Under the pieces are notes generated by a model. The model did not search any database and was not told the origin of the DNA. It saw nothing but the letters and a program-made list of their open reading frames with translations. 64,000 bases of DNA, taken from NCBI GenBank assembly GCA_013239625.1, contig MU053652.1, positions 4,205,902-4,269,901 on the forward strand. Reading direction: 5' to 3'. The DNA is from Lama guanicoe (lineage: Eukaryota). A program made the position numbers and the translations under genes. Shown here piece by piece: positions 13,770 to 25,714 of this stretch (within the stretch, counting starts at the first letter, position 1; every line of letters begins with the position of its first letter).

Positions 13770-14400
13770 GCTGGGGCCCCAGACGGCTGCTGGAAAGGCG
13801 CCCTCCCAGGAGCAGAAGGCTGGCTTAGGAGCAACTGGGGGCGGGGAAAGAACGCTCGACTGAGTCTCTCCAGCGCCGTAGGGCTTCTCCCCAGTCTTTC
13901 CCCGGCCAGGCCAAGTCCCCAGTTTGAGCCCCCAGACAGCAGGGCGCGGCGGGGACACTTGAGGGACACTCGCGGCGTAGCGGGACCACGCGGCCCCACG
14001 CTCACTGCCTCGCAGCCCCGCACCTCCTTCGCCGGCCGCGGACTGACGCGCGGGCAGGCCGCCGCGGGGGCGGGGACCACCCACGGCGCCGCGTGGCCCC
14101 GCCCCGGTGCCGCCCCCGCCCCCAGACGCGCCAGCCCGGCCTCCCAGCTCGCCACCCTCGCACGCTCTTCTCGGCGAGAGGCTAGAGGCAGTCGCGCGCC
14201 CAGCTCCAAATGTTTTCTGTCTTCCCTCATTCAGGATGGGCCAGGACACCCAGCTCCTTCAGATAACGATGGAGAAGGGGGCTAGAAGGTCTAGACTTGG
14301 AGGGAAGAGATGGCTTTCTTCCTCCTCGTCTCCCCTTACCTCCGGCGGAGAGGGCTAGGCTGCGATTTCCGGACGTATCCTTCTCTAAGCTATCCTGAAA
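13770..14400. promoter_or_regulatory. CpG island at the 3' end of TSPAN33 (no associated coding start)
   Basis: Dense CpG with GC boxes (GGGGCGGGG ~13838 and ~14067; CCCCGCCCC ~14097) and a TGACG half-site at ~14044. Confidence 0.8.
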
Positions 14401-14706
14401 GTTTTGGGTAGCAAATTAATTTCAACTCACTTTAGTTCTGGAAAAAATTAATGTTAGGATTAGGGATACAATCACGCCGCTCCCAGATATGAATTAGGAA
14501 ATCTCTCGATCTAATTTAGACCGGAGAGAGCTGTGTTGTGGGAGGGGAGTAGCACAGCTGGTTGAGGGGGGCAGTAGCTTAGCGTTTAGGGGAGTCTCCA
14601 GCCCCCTCCGAGGAAGGGTTCACCAGCTGGGCCCTTCTACCCCCTCCCCTTCTAGTTGCCAGAATGGAAAATTCATGGAGTCCAGTTTAGCCCAGGTCAA
14701 CAAACT

Positions 14707-14712
14707 TTTATT
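14707..14712 (-). terminator. Proximal poly(A) signal of TSPAN33
   Basis: AATAAA on the minus strand about 920 nt after the stop codon. Confidence 0.65.
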
Positions 14713-15632
14713 GCCATTTCTGGCTCCCCCAGCCCCAGCAAGAGCCCTGCTTACTCTGTAGAAATACTGAGCTCTGGTGCAGAGGAATGAGGGGTGTTAC
14801 CTTTCTTTCTCTGCACATTGCCAAGGTTAAAAAAAAAAAAAAAACACTTGCTGGAGAGGGAGGGCCAGACAGGGGAGGAATTCAAGGGCATGTATGGCTT
14901 AGTCCCACTTCTGCTGGCTGCAGAATATAGAGACCATGGTTCCAAACATTTTTTTAAAGGAGCGGAGAAGGGATTTGGCTGCTGTTGTACCCCTTGCCAC
15001 GTTTCCATGGAAATGAAGGAGGGGCAGGATGTAGCTCACTCTGACTACCTGGGAGGATGGCAGGACAGGCAGTTAATAAACACATCGCCTTCCACTCCTA
15101 CCCAACACATACAACTGTCCGCAGCCAACCCCCATGCTCATTGCCTGATCCACTCCCTTCCCTTCTGGAACTGGTATCATGCTAACTGGACTCCAGGCAG
15201 GGCTCCTGGTGTCCACTCTCTAGCCAGGTCTCGCTGGCAGCCAGAAACTGAGTATGTCTGTCAAGCTCAGTAGCAGCCCCAGGAGTGCCTTGGGGAAAAG
15301 CAGCAGCTAGTGCCCCCGACTACTGTGTACAGCTGCTGTGGCTTAAGCGTCTCTGCTCAGACAAAACAAAAAACATACACCCAAATGCATAAGGTTAGAA
15401 ACAACACAAAATAACAATGCTGAGAGCTAGGGTGGGGAGAGGAGGCACATCTTTCCAAGACCTGTGCCACCCGTGCACCCCGCCTTCTGCCACCTGGAGT
15501 TTGCTCTTTCCACTGGGCTGTTGCTTTCAGGGGCTGGAATCCAAATCTCTGTTTGGTGCTGAGAGCTGTAACCACTGCTGTTGGTTGATGAGGCTCGCCT
15601 GTGGCTCTACTGAGGAGGTGCAGGATGGATTC

Positions 15633-15734
15633 TCAGTACCATGGGTCAGCCCGGTGCTGCTGGTTGTAGAGCTGTAGCTTGATCTGGTCTTTGATCTGAT
15701 TCACGAGGATCATGGACAGCAGGATTCCCACCAG
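15633..15734 (-). CDS. TSPAN33: Tetraspanin-33 exon 8 (last coding exon)
   Basis: LVGILLSMILVNQIKDQIKLQLYNQQHRADPWY*; acceptor cag at 15737-15735. Confidence 0.96.
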   Translation of the reverse strand: MVGILLSMILVNQIKDQIKLQLYNQQHRADPWY

Positions 15735-15943
15735 CTGGGAAAGGTGAGAAGGAATTGGGTCCTCAGCAGTGAGTGACGCCCTTGTTTTCCCGGACTCAGT
15801 CTTCCCAGTGCAGTCAGCACCATCACATTCTCTGCCCTTCGGCAATGTCAATGCCTGACACCCTTGGTGATCCCCAGGTGCCCTCCCCAAACAAAGGAGT
15901 CTTAACAGAATTGTGGAGCCCACAGTTTTACAGGGTAAGTTAC

Positions 15944-16105
15944 CTGGGGGATGGCCAGGCCCAGTGCCACACCACCAAGTAAGAAGAGGTTGCTGTGTAT
16001 CCAGTTGACCAGTCTGTCAATACAGCCATTGGTGTAGATGACTTTACTAGCTTCCAAGTAGTCGAGGGCCTGCATGCCTTGGCCACACATGGTGTTTATC
16101 ACTGC
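15944..16105 (-). CDS. TSPAN33: Tetraspanin-33 exon 7
   Basis: AVINTMCGQGMQALDYLEASKVIYTNGCIDRLVNWIHSNLFLLGGVALGLAIPQ; cag / GTAAC; 162 nt. Confidence 0.96.
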
Positions 16106-16482
16106 CTGGGGAGAGAGTTGAAGTCAAGTGAGACTCCCATTCTAATAACTTCTTCTTTTGGGCCTTAGCTGATGGGCTTCCCTAAACTCCTAAATTGTTG
16201 GAGAATATATGTGGAGGATGCTAGACTGGAAGTTGCTAAATACCGACTTACCTTCCTCTGAGAGGTCTGAGTCCAGGTCTCCCTGGTTTAGAGACCTGTG
16301 TCTTCTGAACCCCGAAGTGGGCTATAGGAGTGAATCAGATTGGGTGAAGAAAAACATCTGACAGCTGTCCTACAAAATTGATTGGTTAAACTAGGGGATG
16401 GGGATTCCCAATAGCAGCTAATCGGAATGTAACTCACATCACTGCGAAGAAGGAAATGAGATGGGCTTGCCTGTGTGCTTAC

Positions 16483-16611
16483 CTGGTTGGGGGTAGGCAA
16501 GCAACAGGAGTAAGGCACAGAGCAGCGCTCACGGCTGGGGTTGTCTTCTGAACAGTTGAAATACATGTTCTGGGACCAGTCTTTGTAGGAAATCCCTCCA
16601 CAGCAGCTGAA
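16483..16611 (-). CDS. TSPAN33: Tetraspanin-33 exon 6 (EC2, CCG motif)
   Basis: [43 protein letters not shown] (TspanC8 cysteine pattern); cag / GTAAG; 129 nt. Confidence 0.97.
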
Positions 16612-17139
16612 CTGCAACAAACACCACAGGGGTTAAGAATCACCCACCCCTCACATTGAGGCGACAAGGGGAACGCTCAGAGCAACCAAAAGTCTATGGC
16701 AAGCTTCCACTTGTAAGTTCACGTGTTTAAACACAGCATTGAAATTTGAGTTCAAGCTTCTCAGCAGCCTTTACCTGAAGTTTTCTCTTCTTAATTTCTA
16801 TTGTTTTATATATCTTGTTATAACTTACTGTTGTATATATATTTTGTTTTACACATTCAGCTGTGAGCTCCTTGAGGCCAGTTTCTGGTTTTGAACTCCT
16901 GCACAGCATAGAGCCTGGCAAAAGCAGATGTTCCAAAAATACTGGCTGAAATAATTAAAAGATTAATACTATACAAACATTTGCCTTAATATAGAGAAAA
17001 CACATCAGGAGACACTTTAATATTGTGGGCCCATAATTACACCATGAAAGCAACTAGAAGCCAAGTCAACAGTGTAGCATAAGTGAATGGTAACTCAGCA
17101 TTGGTCTCAAAAGCAGTTTTGTTTAAAATTTAACTTTTG

Positions 17140-17590
17140 ATTCATAGCAGATACTTGTATGCCCATGCTCATAACGGCATTATTAATAATAGACAAAAGG
17201 TAGAAGTGACCAAAGTGTGCTTCCATAGATGAGTCAATTAACAAATATGGTGTATAATATGATGGAATATTATTCAGCCTCAAAAAGGAAGAAAAATTTG
17301 GTACATTCCACATGGATGAATCTTGAAGACATGTTAAGTGGAACAAGCCAGTCACAAAAGGACTGAAATGCAGAGACAGAAAATAGAATGGTTGCCAGAA
17401 GCTGTGGGGAGGGGGAAATGGAGAGTTAGTGTTCACTGGGTACAGAGTTTCTGTTTGGGAAGATGAAAAAGTTTTGGAGATGGTTGGTGATGATGGTTGT
17501 ACAACAATGTGACTGCACTTAGTGCTACAGATCTGTATGCTTTAAAATGATAAATTTTGTTATGTATATTTTACCACAGTTTTAAAAAAT
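17140..17590 (+). mobile_element. L1MB-like 3' end in TSPAN33 intron 5 (antisense to the gene)
   Basis: gatggaatattattcagcc...gggtacagagtttctgtttgggaagatgaaaaagttttggagatgg. Confidence 0.75.
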
Positions 17591-17948
17591 CTAACTTTTC
17601 AATAGGTAACATTAAAAAAAAAATCTGCCCAGCTCCTGCTCCCCCTATAAGTAACCACTTAAAATGATTCCTTACCTACCCACCCAGATTCCTTTTGCAA
17701 ATATGAACACATATTCTTTCCTCTCGTTTTTTGCACAAAGGGTAGATTACTATATACTGTTCTGTACCCTTAAAAGCACTTTTAAAGCTACATGTGTTTT
17801 TTTTTTTTGCCCCTTCCCAGAATCCATTACCTGGCAGGTAATGCAGAAGCCCACAGGCCTGGAGGGTAAGGTGTCTCTTGGGATGACATTAACTTTTGCC
17901 CACAGCTTCCCAGACCACTAGATGACCACCCCCACTCTTAGACCATAC

Positions 17949-18044
17949 CTTCTTCTGGCCAAAATCAATGAGGTTCTGCAGATCCAAGTCATCTCGGTAG
18001 TGCACGATGGCATTATTGATGATCTCATTCACTTTCCCCCGCGC
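17949..18044 (-). CDS. TSPAN33: Tetraspanin-33 exon 5
   Basis: ARGKVNEIINNAIVHYRDDLDLQNLIDFGQKK; cag / GTATG; 96 nt. Confidence 0.96.
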
Positions 18045-18400
18045 CTGCCAGAAACATGAGGAGGGAATCAGAATACAAGACTAACCCCTCACCTGCTCCT
18101 CCCTGCAGAAATAACAATAGGCAGTGGTTATCCTTCCTTATTTAACTCAGACTTGAAATCAGAACCAAGTCCTAGTGATGGAAGATGGCCAGTTCTGAGG
18201 CCTCTGCATCCCTGGGCCCTCAGGTACCAGGGGGCAAGAAAAATGCTGGACCTGCTCAGAGCCACATTTCAATAAAATCCAATATTTATCACTGAATACT
18301 GTTACTACAAAATACTTGTTGACTGATGCAAAGCCGCAAAACTTCTGTATGTGTATGTGTGTGTCTGTGTCTTTAGTAGAAAAGGACTTACTGAACTGAG

Positions 18401-18433
18401 GCACTGACCTCTAGTGGACACCAGAGAATTGCA
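18401..18433 (-). promoter_or_regulatory. Candidate CTCF site with upstream module
   Basis: Minus strand reads TGCAATTC-TCTGG-TGTCCACTAGAGGTCAGTGC. Confidence 0.6.
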
Positions 18434-18872
18434 TCCCTTTAGACTCAAAAAGCTATCATTTTAGGATTTTACTAAGCCAGGACGAGGACTTTCTGAATTA
18501 GCTCAGTGGTTCTCAATTTCATAGTTTCTACCATGCTCTCTTCCTTCCTACTTCATTACTTTTCTCAAAGTTTCCTACCCATAGTCCTGTACTCTGCCCC
18601 TGGCAATCATTTGCCCTTTGGGAAAGAAATCTGGTTCTTAATTAAAAGGACAGTCACTGAGGGGCAGACCACTTCCAGATATGAGGTAAGCACTGTTCAA
18701 AACCTTGTTTGTTTGTTTGCTTCCCCCTTTCTTACTTTTGTTTACCCCAATAAATAATTTTTAAAAGAAATAAAGAGCTCGTCACGTGGTTACTTAGGCT
18801 AAGCACGGGCAGGAACCTTCCCTTCCTTCCTCTGGTTCACATCTGAGGAGGCTCCTTGGCTCCCAGCATTAC

Positions 18873-18947
18873 CTTGTCCGAGAAGACGAAGCCCAGGACC
18901 CCAGCAGCCAGTTGTAGCAGGAACACGATGGTGAGACAGAGGGAGAA
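18873..18947 (-). CDS. TSPAN33: Tetraspanin-33 exon 4 (TM3)
   Basis: FSLCLTIVFLLQLAAGVLGFVFSDK; cag / GTAAT; 75 nt. Confidence 0.96.
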
Positions 18948-19257
18948 CTGTGGGGAGCAGGCAGGAAAAGGAGACAGTCTGATACCACGCCGGACAGTAG
19001 CTTCTTCCAGGGCCATGCAGAGTACTGGGGGGCCACAGGGCACTTCTCCCGGGTGACCCCCAAGCAGTAAAGGCTGCTGCCTCTGGGACACTGTCCTAGG
19101 GGTGGTCACCCTGTGCTGGGTCACCTGGGCTGAGCTCTAGAGTGAGGAGTGGACAGCATAAGCCTTGGGAACAGAGAGGGACTGAAAGGTTGCAGGAATG
19201 AGAGGCACATGGAGGAGGGGGCCAGGGCCTTTTGGGGGGGCGCCCCTGACCACTGAC

Positions 19258-19385
19258 CGTCTGCAGGAGGCAGATGTTCTCCCGGAGAGATCCGATGCAG
19301 CCACAGAAGGTAAGCAGGAACATGAGGATGCCCACCACGATCAGCAGGATGGCAGGGTCCACTGCCAGGGAGGCCAGTGCTGCTT
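19258..19385 (-). CDS. TSPAN33: Tetraspanin-33 exon 3 (TM2)
   Basis: (E)AALASLAVDPAILLIVVGILMFLLTFCGCIGSLRENICLLQT; cag / GTCAG; 128 nt. Confidence 0.96.
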
Positions 19386-20052
19386 CTGGGGGAGGAGGCT
19401 GTCTCTCAGTCTGAGCCTGGTGCCAACTGAGGGGGGTACCCATGGATGGAATGGGGATGCCCCCCAAAACTGTCCTCCTGCCCTGCTGGGGGAATCTCCA
19501 GTGTGGCTGGGTGAAGGTTACAAGGAGCAGTACTGCCCTCCCATGGGAAGAACACAAAGGGACCAGAAGGCCTTGTGGCATTTAATTTGAGGAACTAACA
19601 AAGTAAGAGCCTTTATTCCCAGGCTTAAGAAAGGAGGGACCACTTTTCGCTCCAGAAAAGAATTAGAATGGCATTAGGCTCGTTGGCTTTGCAGATTCCG
19701 TTTCCTGGAGACTTTATGCAGAGGAATAGGAACAGAGGTTCAGTTACTCCGAAACAGAGCGAGGGAGAGGCTAAAGACTCTAATTACTCTTTGCATGCAG
19801 AGGCCTACCTTCTTTCCTAGACACTTCCTAAACCTAAAATACAAGCAGATCTTGTTAGATTCGTGGGAGTGCAGGGAAATCCAGGTGAACTGCCTTGGGT
19901 TCCTGATGCCTTGGAGTAGGCTGCTAAGATTTGGCCAGAAGGTGGCTGCCCCCTTTAGCTCCATGGCTTATGTGGGAAGGAGGGCTGAAGGAGGCAGAGG
20001 AGGAAGAGGCATGTATGAGTCGTGGAGAGATGGACGGGGCCCTATAGCTCAC

Positions 20053-20110
20053 CCGCATGCTTCATCAGCCGAGCGTAGACTCCCACGCCCACCATCACCA
20101 TGGAAATCAC
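20053..20110 (-). CDS. TSPAN33: Tetraspanin-33 exon 2
   Basis: VISMVMVGVGVYARLMKHA(E); cag / GTGAG; 58 nt, phase joins exon 3. Confidence 0.95.
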
Positions 20111-21932
20111 CTGTGGAGACAGGGAAGGAGCCACACCCTGAGATTTTGGAAACCAGAGAGCTCTTAAAGCCGTAAATAACCTTAAAGGAGAGTAGGAGGA
20201 GGACGACTCTTCTTGGACCCAAAGATAAGCATCTTTTTCCTCCCAGTCATACTATTGATAGTATCTGTCAGTGCTTTACCTCCATGAAAAGTTTGTACCA
20301 AGATTATCTCATTTAATCCTCAACACAGTTATCTTGTGAGACAGATATTATCCCCATTTTACAGATGAGTAGATTAAGGCAATACAAGGTTAATACAGAA
20401 CAGCGGTTAAGAACATGAGATTTGGAGCAAGTCAAACCTGGGCCTATGCTGGAAAACTCTCTGAGCCTCAGTTTCTGTATCTAAAGATGGGAATTAAAAA
20501 CAACATCATCTATTAAGATTAATGCAAAAATTAGATAAAATGCATGGAAAGCATTTAACACAATGCCTGATAATAAATATTATCTAACATTACTAGTAGT
20601 TAACTTGCCCTGGGTCACATGAAACTCTGAAGTTCTGAATTTGAATCCAGCTATAAAAAGGGCAGCAGGCCTAAAGCTGAAGCAGGCCCGAGCTGATGCA
20701 CACACCCAGGTTTCTAACCCTCTTGGAGGTCAATATAGTGTCAGACGCGGGAAAGTGCAAACCAGTATGAAAGAATGCTTGCATATGAATGTGCATGTGT
20801 AAAATAGGAGAATTACCTTGCAAAGGAGCCTTTATCTTTATAAACCCTGATTCTAGTGTGGAGGAACAGAGGAGTTTAAACCTTTCAAACTTTTGGGCTT
20901 CTCTCTGGGAGAACAAACTCATCAGAGACCACCAGGGCTCCCTAAAGGGGCCTTCTCTGTGCCCCACCCCCAGGCCCCCAGGAGAGCAGGGTGGCCCAGT
21001 GTGCACAGGCTTTGGCCACCCTTTCTTTGTGCCCAGTCCCCAGGCTGGTGCTAAGCAGCAGCTGGTTGTCACCATGGCAATAGCTGGGGACAAGCTCTGG
21101 CTGGATAGAGTTCTCAGCAGCAGGGACTTGAGCAACTCAGTGGGGAAGGAGAGGGCTGGCTGGACTCCACCATCTTGCAAGACAGAGACCAGCTGAGAAG
21201 AGCCATCTTGGGCTTTGGTGGGAGAAGGGAATTGGGCCCCTACAGCAGGTAATAATAGGGTCAGACTAGTCCCTCAGTAGAAAGACATTTTCATCAGGGA
21301 ACTCTACTATCTAGTGCATTCAGCAAAAAATGGGAAAGCCTTACCTAAAGCTGTGTCTTTCAGGACCCTTCTTTGCCTGTATGCACAGTCCCTCTCCTTG
21401 CCCCTCAGTCATTTGTCACCGTCTCTGACTCAGGGCCAGATGTGTTATCTGCTGGCTCTCATACTTTTTGTCCAGGAGAGAGGGGGCTGCTTGCAGGGCT
21501 GCATGTGGGACTAGAAGTGCCAGCTGGCTTCCCGTCCCACAGCACAGCCAGGCTCGGGAAGCAAGGGGGAGTGGGTGGGAGGCAAGGAAACCACACAACA
21601 GAGATCCCTGTGATTCCACAGGCCTGGAGGCACAGAGTGATTGAGCATCTCTGTCTGCCCTTTAAAACTCACCACAGCCAATTACGGTTCTGAATATCAC
21701 TTTACTGAATCATTAAAAAATATGTATCTGCTCTTTATTTCTGTTGCTCCCAGGCTCTTCACTGTTTCTTCACATGTTAAATTTTCACTAGGGTGTATAA
21801 CTGTCCAAAAAGATGGTCTCTGATTAAATCCTAACACAGCTAAAACAAGAAAGGGAAAGAGATGCCACGTGTCATGCGGGTAACTTTATTTCATGGGTGG
21901 ACTGTAATTTAATCAGTTGTTCTGTCTCTATC

Positions 21933-22402
21933 TGTGGTAGGTAGAACAGTGTCCTCCCAAAGAGGTCCTGTCCTAATTCCCAGAACCTGTAAATATATTA
22001 CCTTACATATCCAGAGGGGTTTTTTCAAATGTGATTAAGTTAAGGATCTTGAGATGGGGAGATTATCCCAGTTGGCCCAGTGTAACCAGAAGGGACTTTA
22101 TAAGAGGGAGGCTAGAGGGTCAGAGTCAGAGGAGGAGATGCGTATGATAGTGGAAGCAGAGATTGGAGTGATGTGGTGCCAGGAGCCAAAGAATATGAAC
22201 AGCCTCTGAGAGCCAGAGGAGGCAAGGAAATGGGTTCTTCCCTAGAGCCTCTAGAAGGAACCATCCCTGCTGACACCTTGATTTTAGCCGAGTGAGGCCT
22301 GTATAGGACTTCAGACCTCCAGAACTATAAGAAAATTAATTTGTGTTGTATTAAGCCATTAAGTTTGTGGTAATTTGTTACAGTAGTTATAGGAAACTAA
22401 TA
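21933..22402 (+). mobile_element. MaLR solo LTR (MLT1D-like)
   Basis: MLT1 consensus text with a 5-bp TSD ctatc. Confidence 0.8.
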
Positions 22403-22564
22403 CTATCCAAATCCAATTCTTTAGCCTCTATGTAGAGGTCCTCTGAGGACTGCAAAGATGAGCAAGATGTGGCCCTTAAGGAGACATATGTGTTATATGG
22501 GAGAGGGGCAAGAGCATCTGTAGCCTATGCGGTGCTTCTCAACCCTGAGTGCCATTAGAATGGA

Positions 22565-22820
22565 GTTGGGGAGGGATAAATCAGGAGTTTGGGATTAACA
22601 GATACGCACTGCTATATAGAGTATAGATAAACAAGGACCTGCTGTATAGCACAGGGAACTATATTCAATTTCTTGTAATAACCTATAACAGAAAAGCAAC
22701 TGAAAAAGAATATATATATATATATATATACACATATATATATATATATAAAACTGAGTCACTTTGCTGTACACTTGAAACTAACACAAAATTGTAAGCC
22801 AATAAAAATAAATAAAAAAG
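22565..22820 (+). mobile_element. Cetartiodactyl-type L1 3' end with internal (TA)n, inside a MER5-like hAT remnant
   Basis: aggagtttgggattaacagatac...tgtatagcacagggaactatattcaat...aataaa; flanked by agaatgg repeats. Confidence 0.7.
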
Positions 22821-24569
22821 AATGGGGAGTTTTTGAGTTCTCAAAAACTCCTGATGCCTATGCTGCTCATCAAACCAAGTCTATCAGAATCTCTGGCATT
22901 GGAACCCAGGCAACAGTCCTTCTGAAGGCATTCCAGGTCATTCCAACATGCAGCCAAGTTCAAGAACCACAAACCTAAAGCATATTCAGCCAGGAATCTA
23001 GAGCAGCAGGTGCAGGCTACGTGAAAAACAAGATTAAGACTTTAATATTATCGTTAATAATGAATATGATCACTAATGATACTGCTTACCTGGAACTCAC
23101 TAGCTAACTCTAAAACTGCATTTCTATCATTGATCTGCTTCTTCATCCTGGAGTCATAGCTTGCTCTTTCACACTTCTATTCCTGCTCACATCTCCCACC
23201 CCGAATCCCTCAAAGCTGCTGCCATTCCAAAGTTAGTGCTGCTGCTGTTAATAGCATAGCATTTTAGAGTTGAATAGAACCTCAGAAACGAGCTCGGTCA
23301 CTCACCTTTCTTTATAGATGAGGCCAAAAGAGCGCAGTGATGTTTGACCAAGTGTACATGGGTGCAGCGGCAATATTTGGACCAAACCCGATCTCCAATC
23401 TCAGTTGGGTACTTTCTATACCATGTCAGTCTTTGCTATAAAATCCTTATAACGCCCACAATATCACCAATGACCTCCTTTCATGATGAAGATGGAGATA
23501 AAGACACTTCTCTTCTTAGAATAGCTTTTCATATTCTGGTTAAAATGAAGCCTCTCTGGAACCTACAAAAGCTAGACACAGGTTTTAAAATAGCTGAGTC
23601 CAGCAAAAGGCATGTTCCTGAAGAGTTGTCGATCAAATTCTGTAAAATAATTTGCACGCCCCAGTACCTTTATCGTTATGTAAGGTGAGTAATCACCTTA
23701 TAATGAAAATAGCCATCCCCAGGCTCCTTGGAAAAATGGCTGATTGTAGGACTAGGCAGGAAAAATACAAGATAAGCCTAGAGCATCCTGCAGGGGCAGG
23801 AGGTAAGGGAATGCTCAAAAACAAACAACAAACAAAACCAAAACCTCACACTGATGTGGATATGCCAAAGAGACATCAAGATAAAAAAGTATAAAACTGT
23901 TAACCCAAATATAAAATAAATATCTGTGAGTCCATACTGATATAAACAACTTAATAAATAAATAAATGGGGGAGAAAAGACAAAGCTCCCACGTAGAAGA
24001 GTTCCAAATAATTTAGGTCGGTCCTACTCTGTCAAGGAAATGGAGCGTAACTCCCCACTCCTAAGTGTGGGCTACACATAGTAACTTCCTTCCAAAGAGA
24101 ACAGCATGGAAAAGAGGGGAAAAGACTAACTTTACAGTGGAGAAGCCTGACAAACACTATCTCAGCCAGGGGATCAAGGTCAACATCAACAGATGTAAGT
24201 CACTGATATATGAGATGATGTGGTGAAAATGGCAATTCCCTTCTGTGGCCTTCCTTCCCCGAACCCATAACCCCCATATAACCATGAGAAAACATCAGGC
24301 AAATTCCAGTGGAGGGACATTTTACAAAATATCTGACCAGTACTTCTCAAAACCATCAAAGTTATCATAAACAAGGAAATTCTGAGAGACTGCACCAGCC
24401 AATAAAAACCTAAGGACATATGACAACTAAATGAAATTTGGGATCCTGGATGGGATCCTGGAACACAAAAAGGACAGTAAAGAAAAACTAAGGAAATCTG
24501 AATAAAGTGTGGATCCTAATGATAATGCCATTAATTGTGACAAATGAATTATGGAAAATGATAATAATA

Positions 24570-25001
24570 TTGCAGCAACATTGATGCTCTAGAGAATGTC
24601 ATTCTAAGTGAAGTAAGCCAGAAAGAGAAAGAAAAATACCATATGAGATCGCTCATATGTAGAATCTAAAAAACAAAAACAAAAACAAACAAACAAACAA
24701 AAACAAAGCATAAATACAGGACAGAAATAGACTCATGGACAGAGAATACAAACTTGTGGTTACCAGATGGATAGAGGGTGGGAAGGGATAGACTGGGATT
24801 TCAAAATTGTAGAATAGATAAACAAAATTACACTGTATAGCACAGGGAAATATACACAAAATGTTATGATAAATCACAGAGAAAAAAATGTGACAATGAG
24901 TGTGTATATGTCCATGAATGACTGAAAAATTGTGCTGAACACTGGAATTTGACACAACATTGTAAAATGATTATAAATCAATAAAAAATGTTAAAAAAAA
25001 A
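24570..25001 (+). mobile_element. Young 5'-truncated lineage-specific L1
   Basis: Perfect 16-bp TSD gaaaatgataataata (24554-24569 / 25002-25017); 3' part almost identical to 44982-45208. Confidence 0.9.
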
Positions 25002-25109
25002 GAAAATGATAATAATAAGAGACACTGGATGTGGGGTATATGAGAACTCTCTGTACTGTCCTCTCATATTTTCTGTAAAACTAAAACTGTTCTAAAAAAT
25101 GAAATCTTA

Positions 25110-25240
25110 GGGGAAGGGTATAGCTCAAGTGGTAGAGCGCATGCTTAGCATGCATGAGGTCCTGGGTTCAAACCTCAGTACCTCCTCTAAAAAAAAAATT
25201 AACCTAATTATCTCCCCTGACCAAAATAATAATAATAATA
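25110..25240 (+). mobile_element. tRNA-derived SINE (camelid Vic-1-like)
   Basis: gggtatagctcaagtggtagagcgcatgcttagcatgcatgaggtcctgggttcaaacctcagtacctcc (A and B boxes), then an aacctaatta tail. Confidence 0.8.
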
Positions 25241-25714
25241 AAAGTTATTTTTAAAAATCTATTAAAAATACCCCCCAATTCGTTAGTTTTGTAAATCCAT
25301 ACTTTTTAATATCATATTTTCTTAAACTGGGATTCACTTGCATGCAATTTTAACCTTTAATTGGGGTGATTTCTCCTTTCACCAAAACATATGGTGGTGG
25401 ATCTTAAAACTGTTCAGGTAACAGGGCACCAGGAAGCTACAGTGCTCTGTTGGTGAATGCTACACAATTTTGACATACTAAATTCTTTTATTAACCTCTG
25501 ATATCCTATTACTGCTGTCTAACTTACAGTCTATATTTAACTTTCCTCAATTATCCCAATAATGTCCTTTATAACTGTTTTTTTTTCTCCTTTTTACTGA
25601 TTCAGGATCCAGTCAAGGATCATGTATTTAGTGAGCAAGTCTCCTTTAGCCTGGAACAGTTTCATAGTTTTTTCTTTTCTTTGTTGTCAGTTTTTCAAGA
25701 CAGTGACTTTCAAA

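Larger units (their letters stand above)
23690..25260 (+). mobile_element. Old L1 (L1MC-like) 3' UTR hosting a young L1 and a SINE
   Basis: aactttacagtggagaagcctgacaaacac...gggatcctggatgggatcctggaacac...gaactctctgtactgtc. Confidence 0.7.

Noticed and set aside
13653..14358. ORFs of 156-198 aa over the 3' CpG island as a novel small gene
   Set aside because: Several frames on both strands are open, composition is low-complexity, ATG context is weak and I recognise no homology.
15001..21083. RFX X-box-like palindromes (GTTTCCATGGAAAT at 15001; GTCACCATGGCAAT at ~21068)
   Set aside because: Imperfect, isolated motifs with no supporting context.
25110..25185. Functional tRNA-Ala gene (also 51970 and 60116)
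   Set aside because: All carry the SINE-specific tail, and the 51970 copy has a clear TSD; they are tRNA-derived SINE heads.
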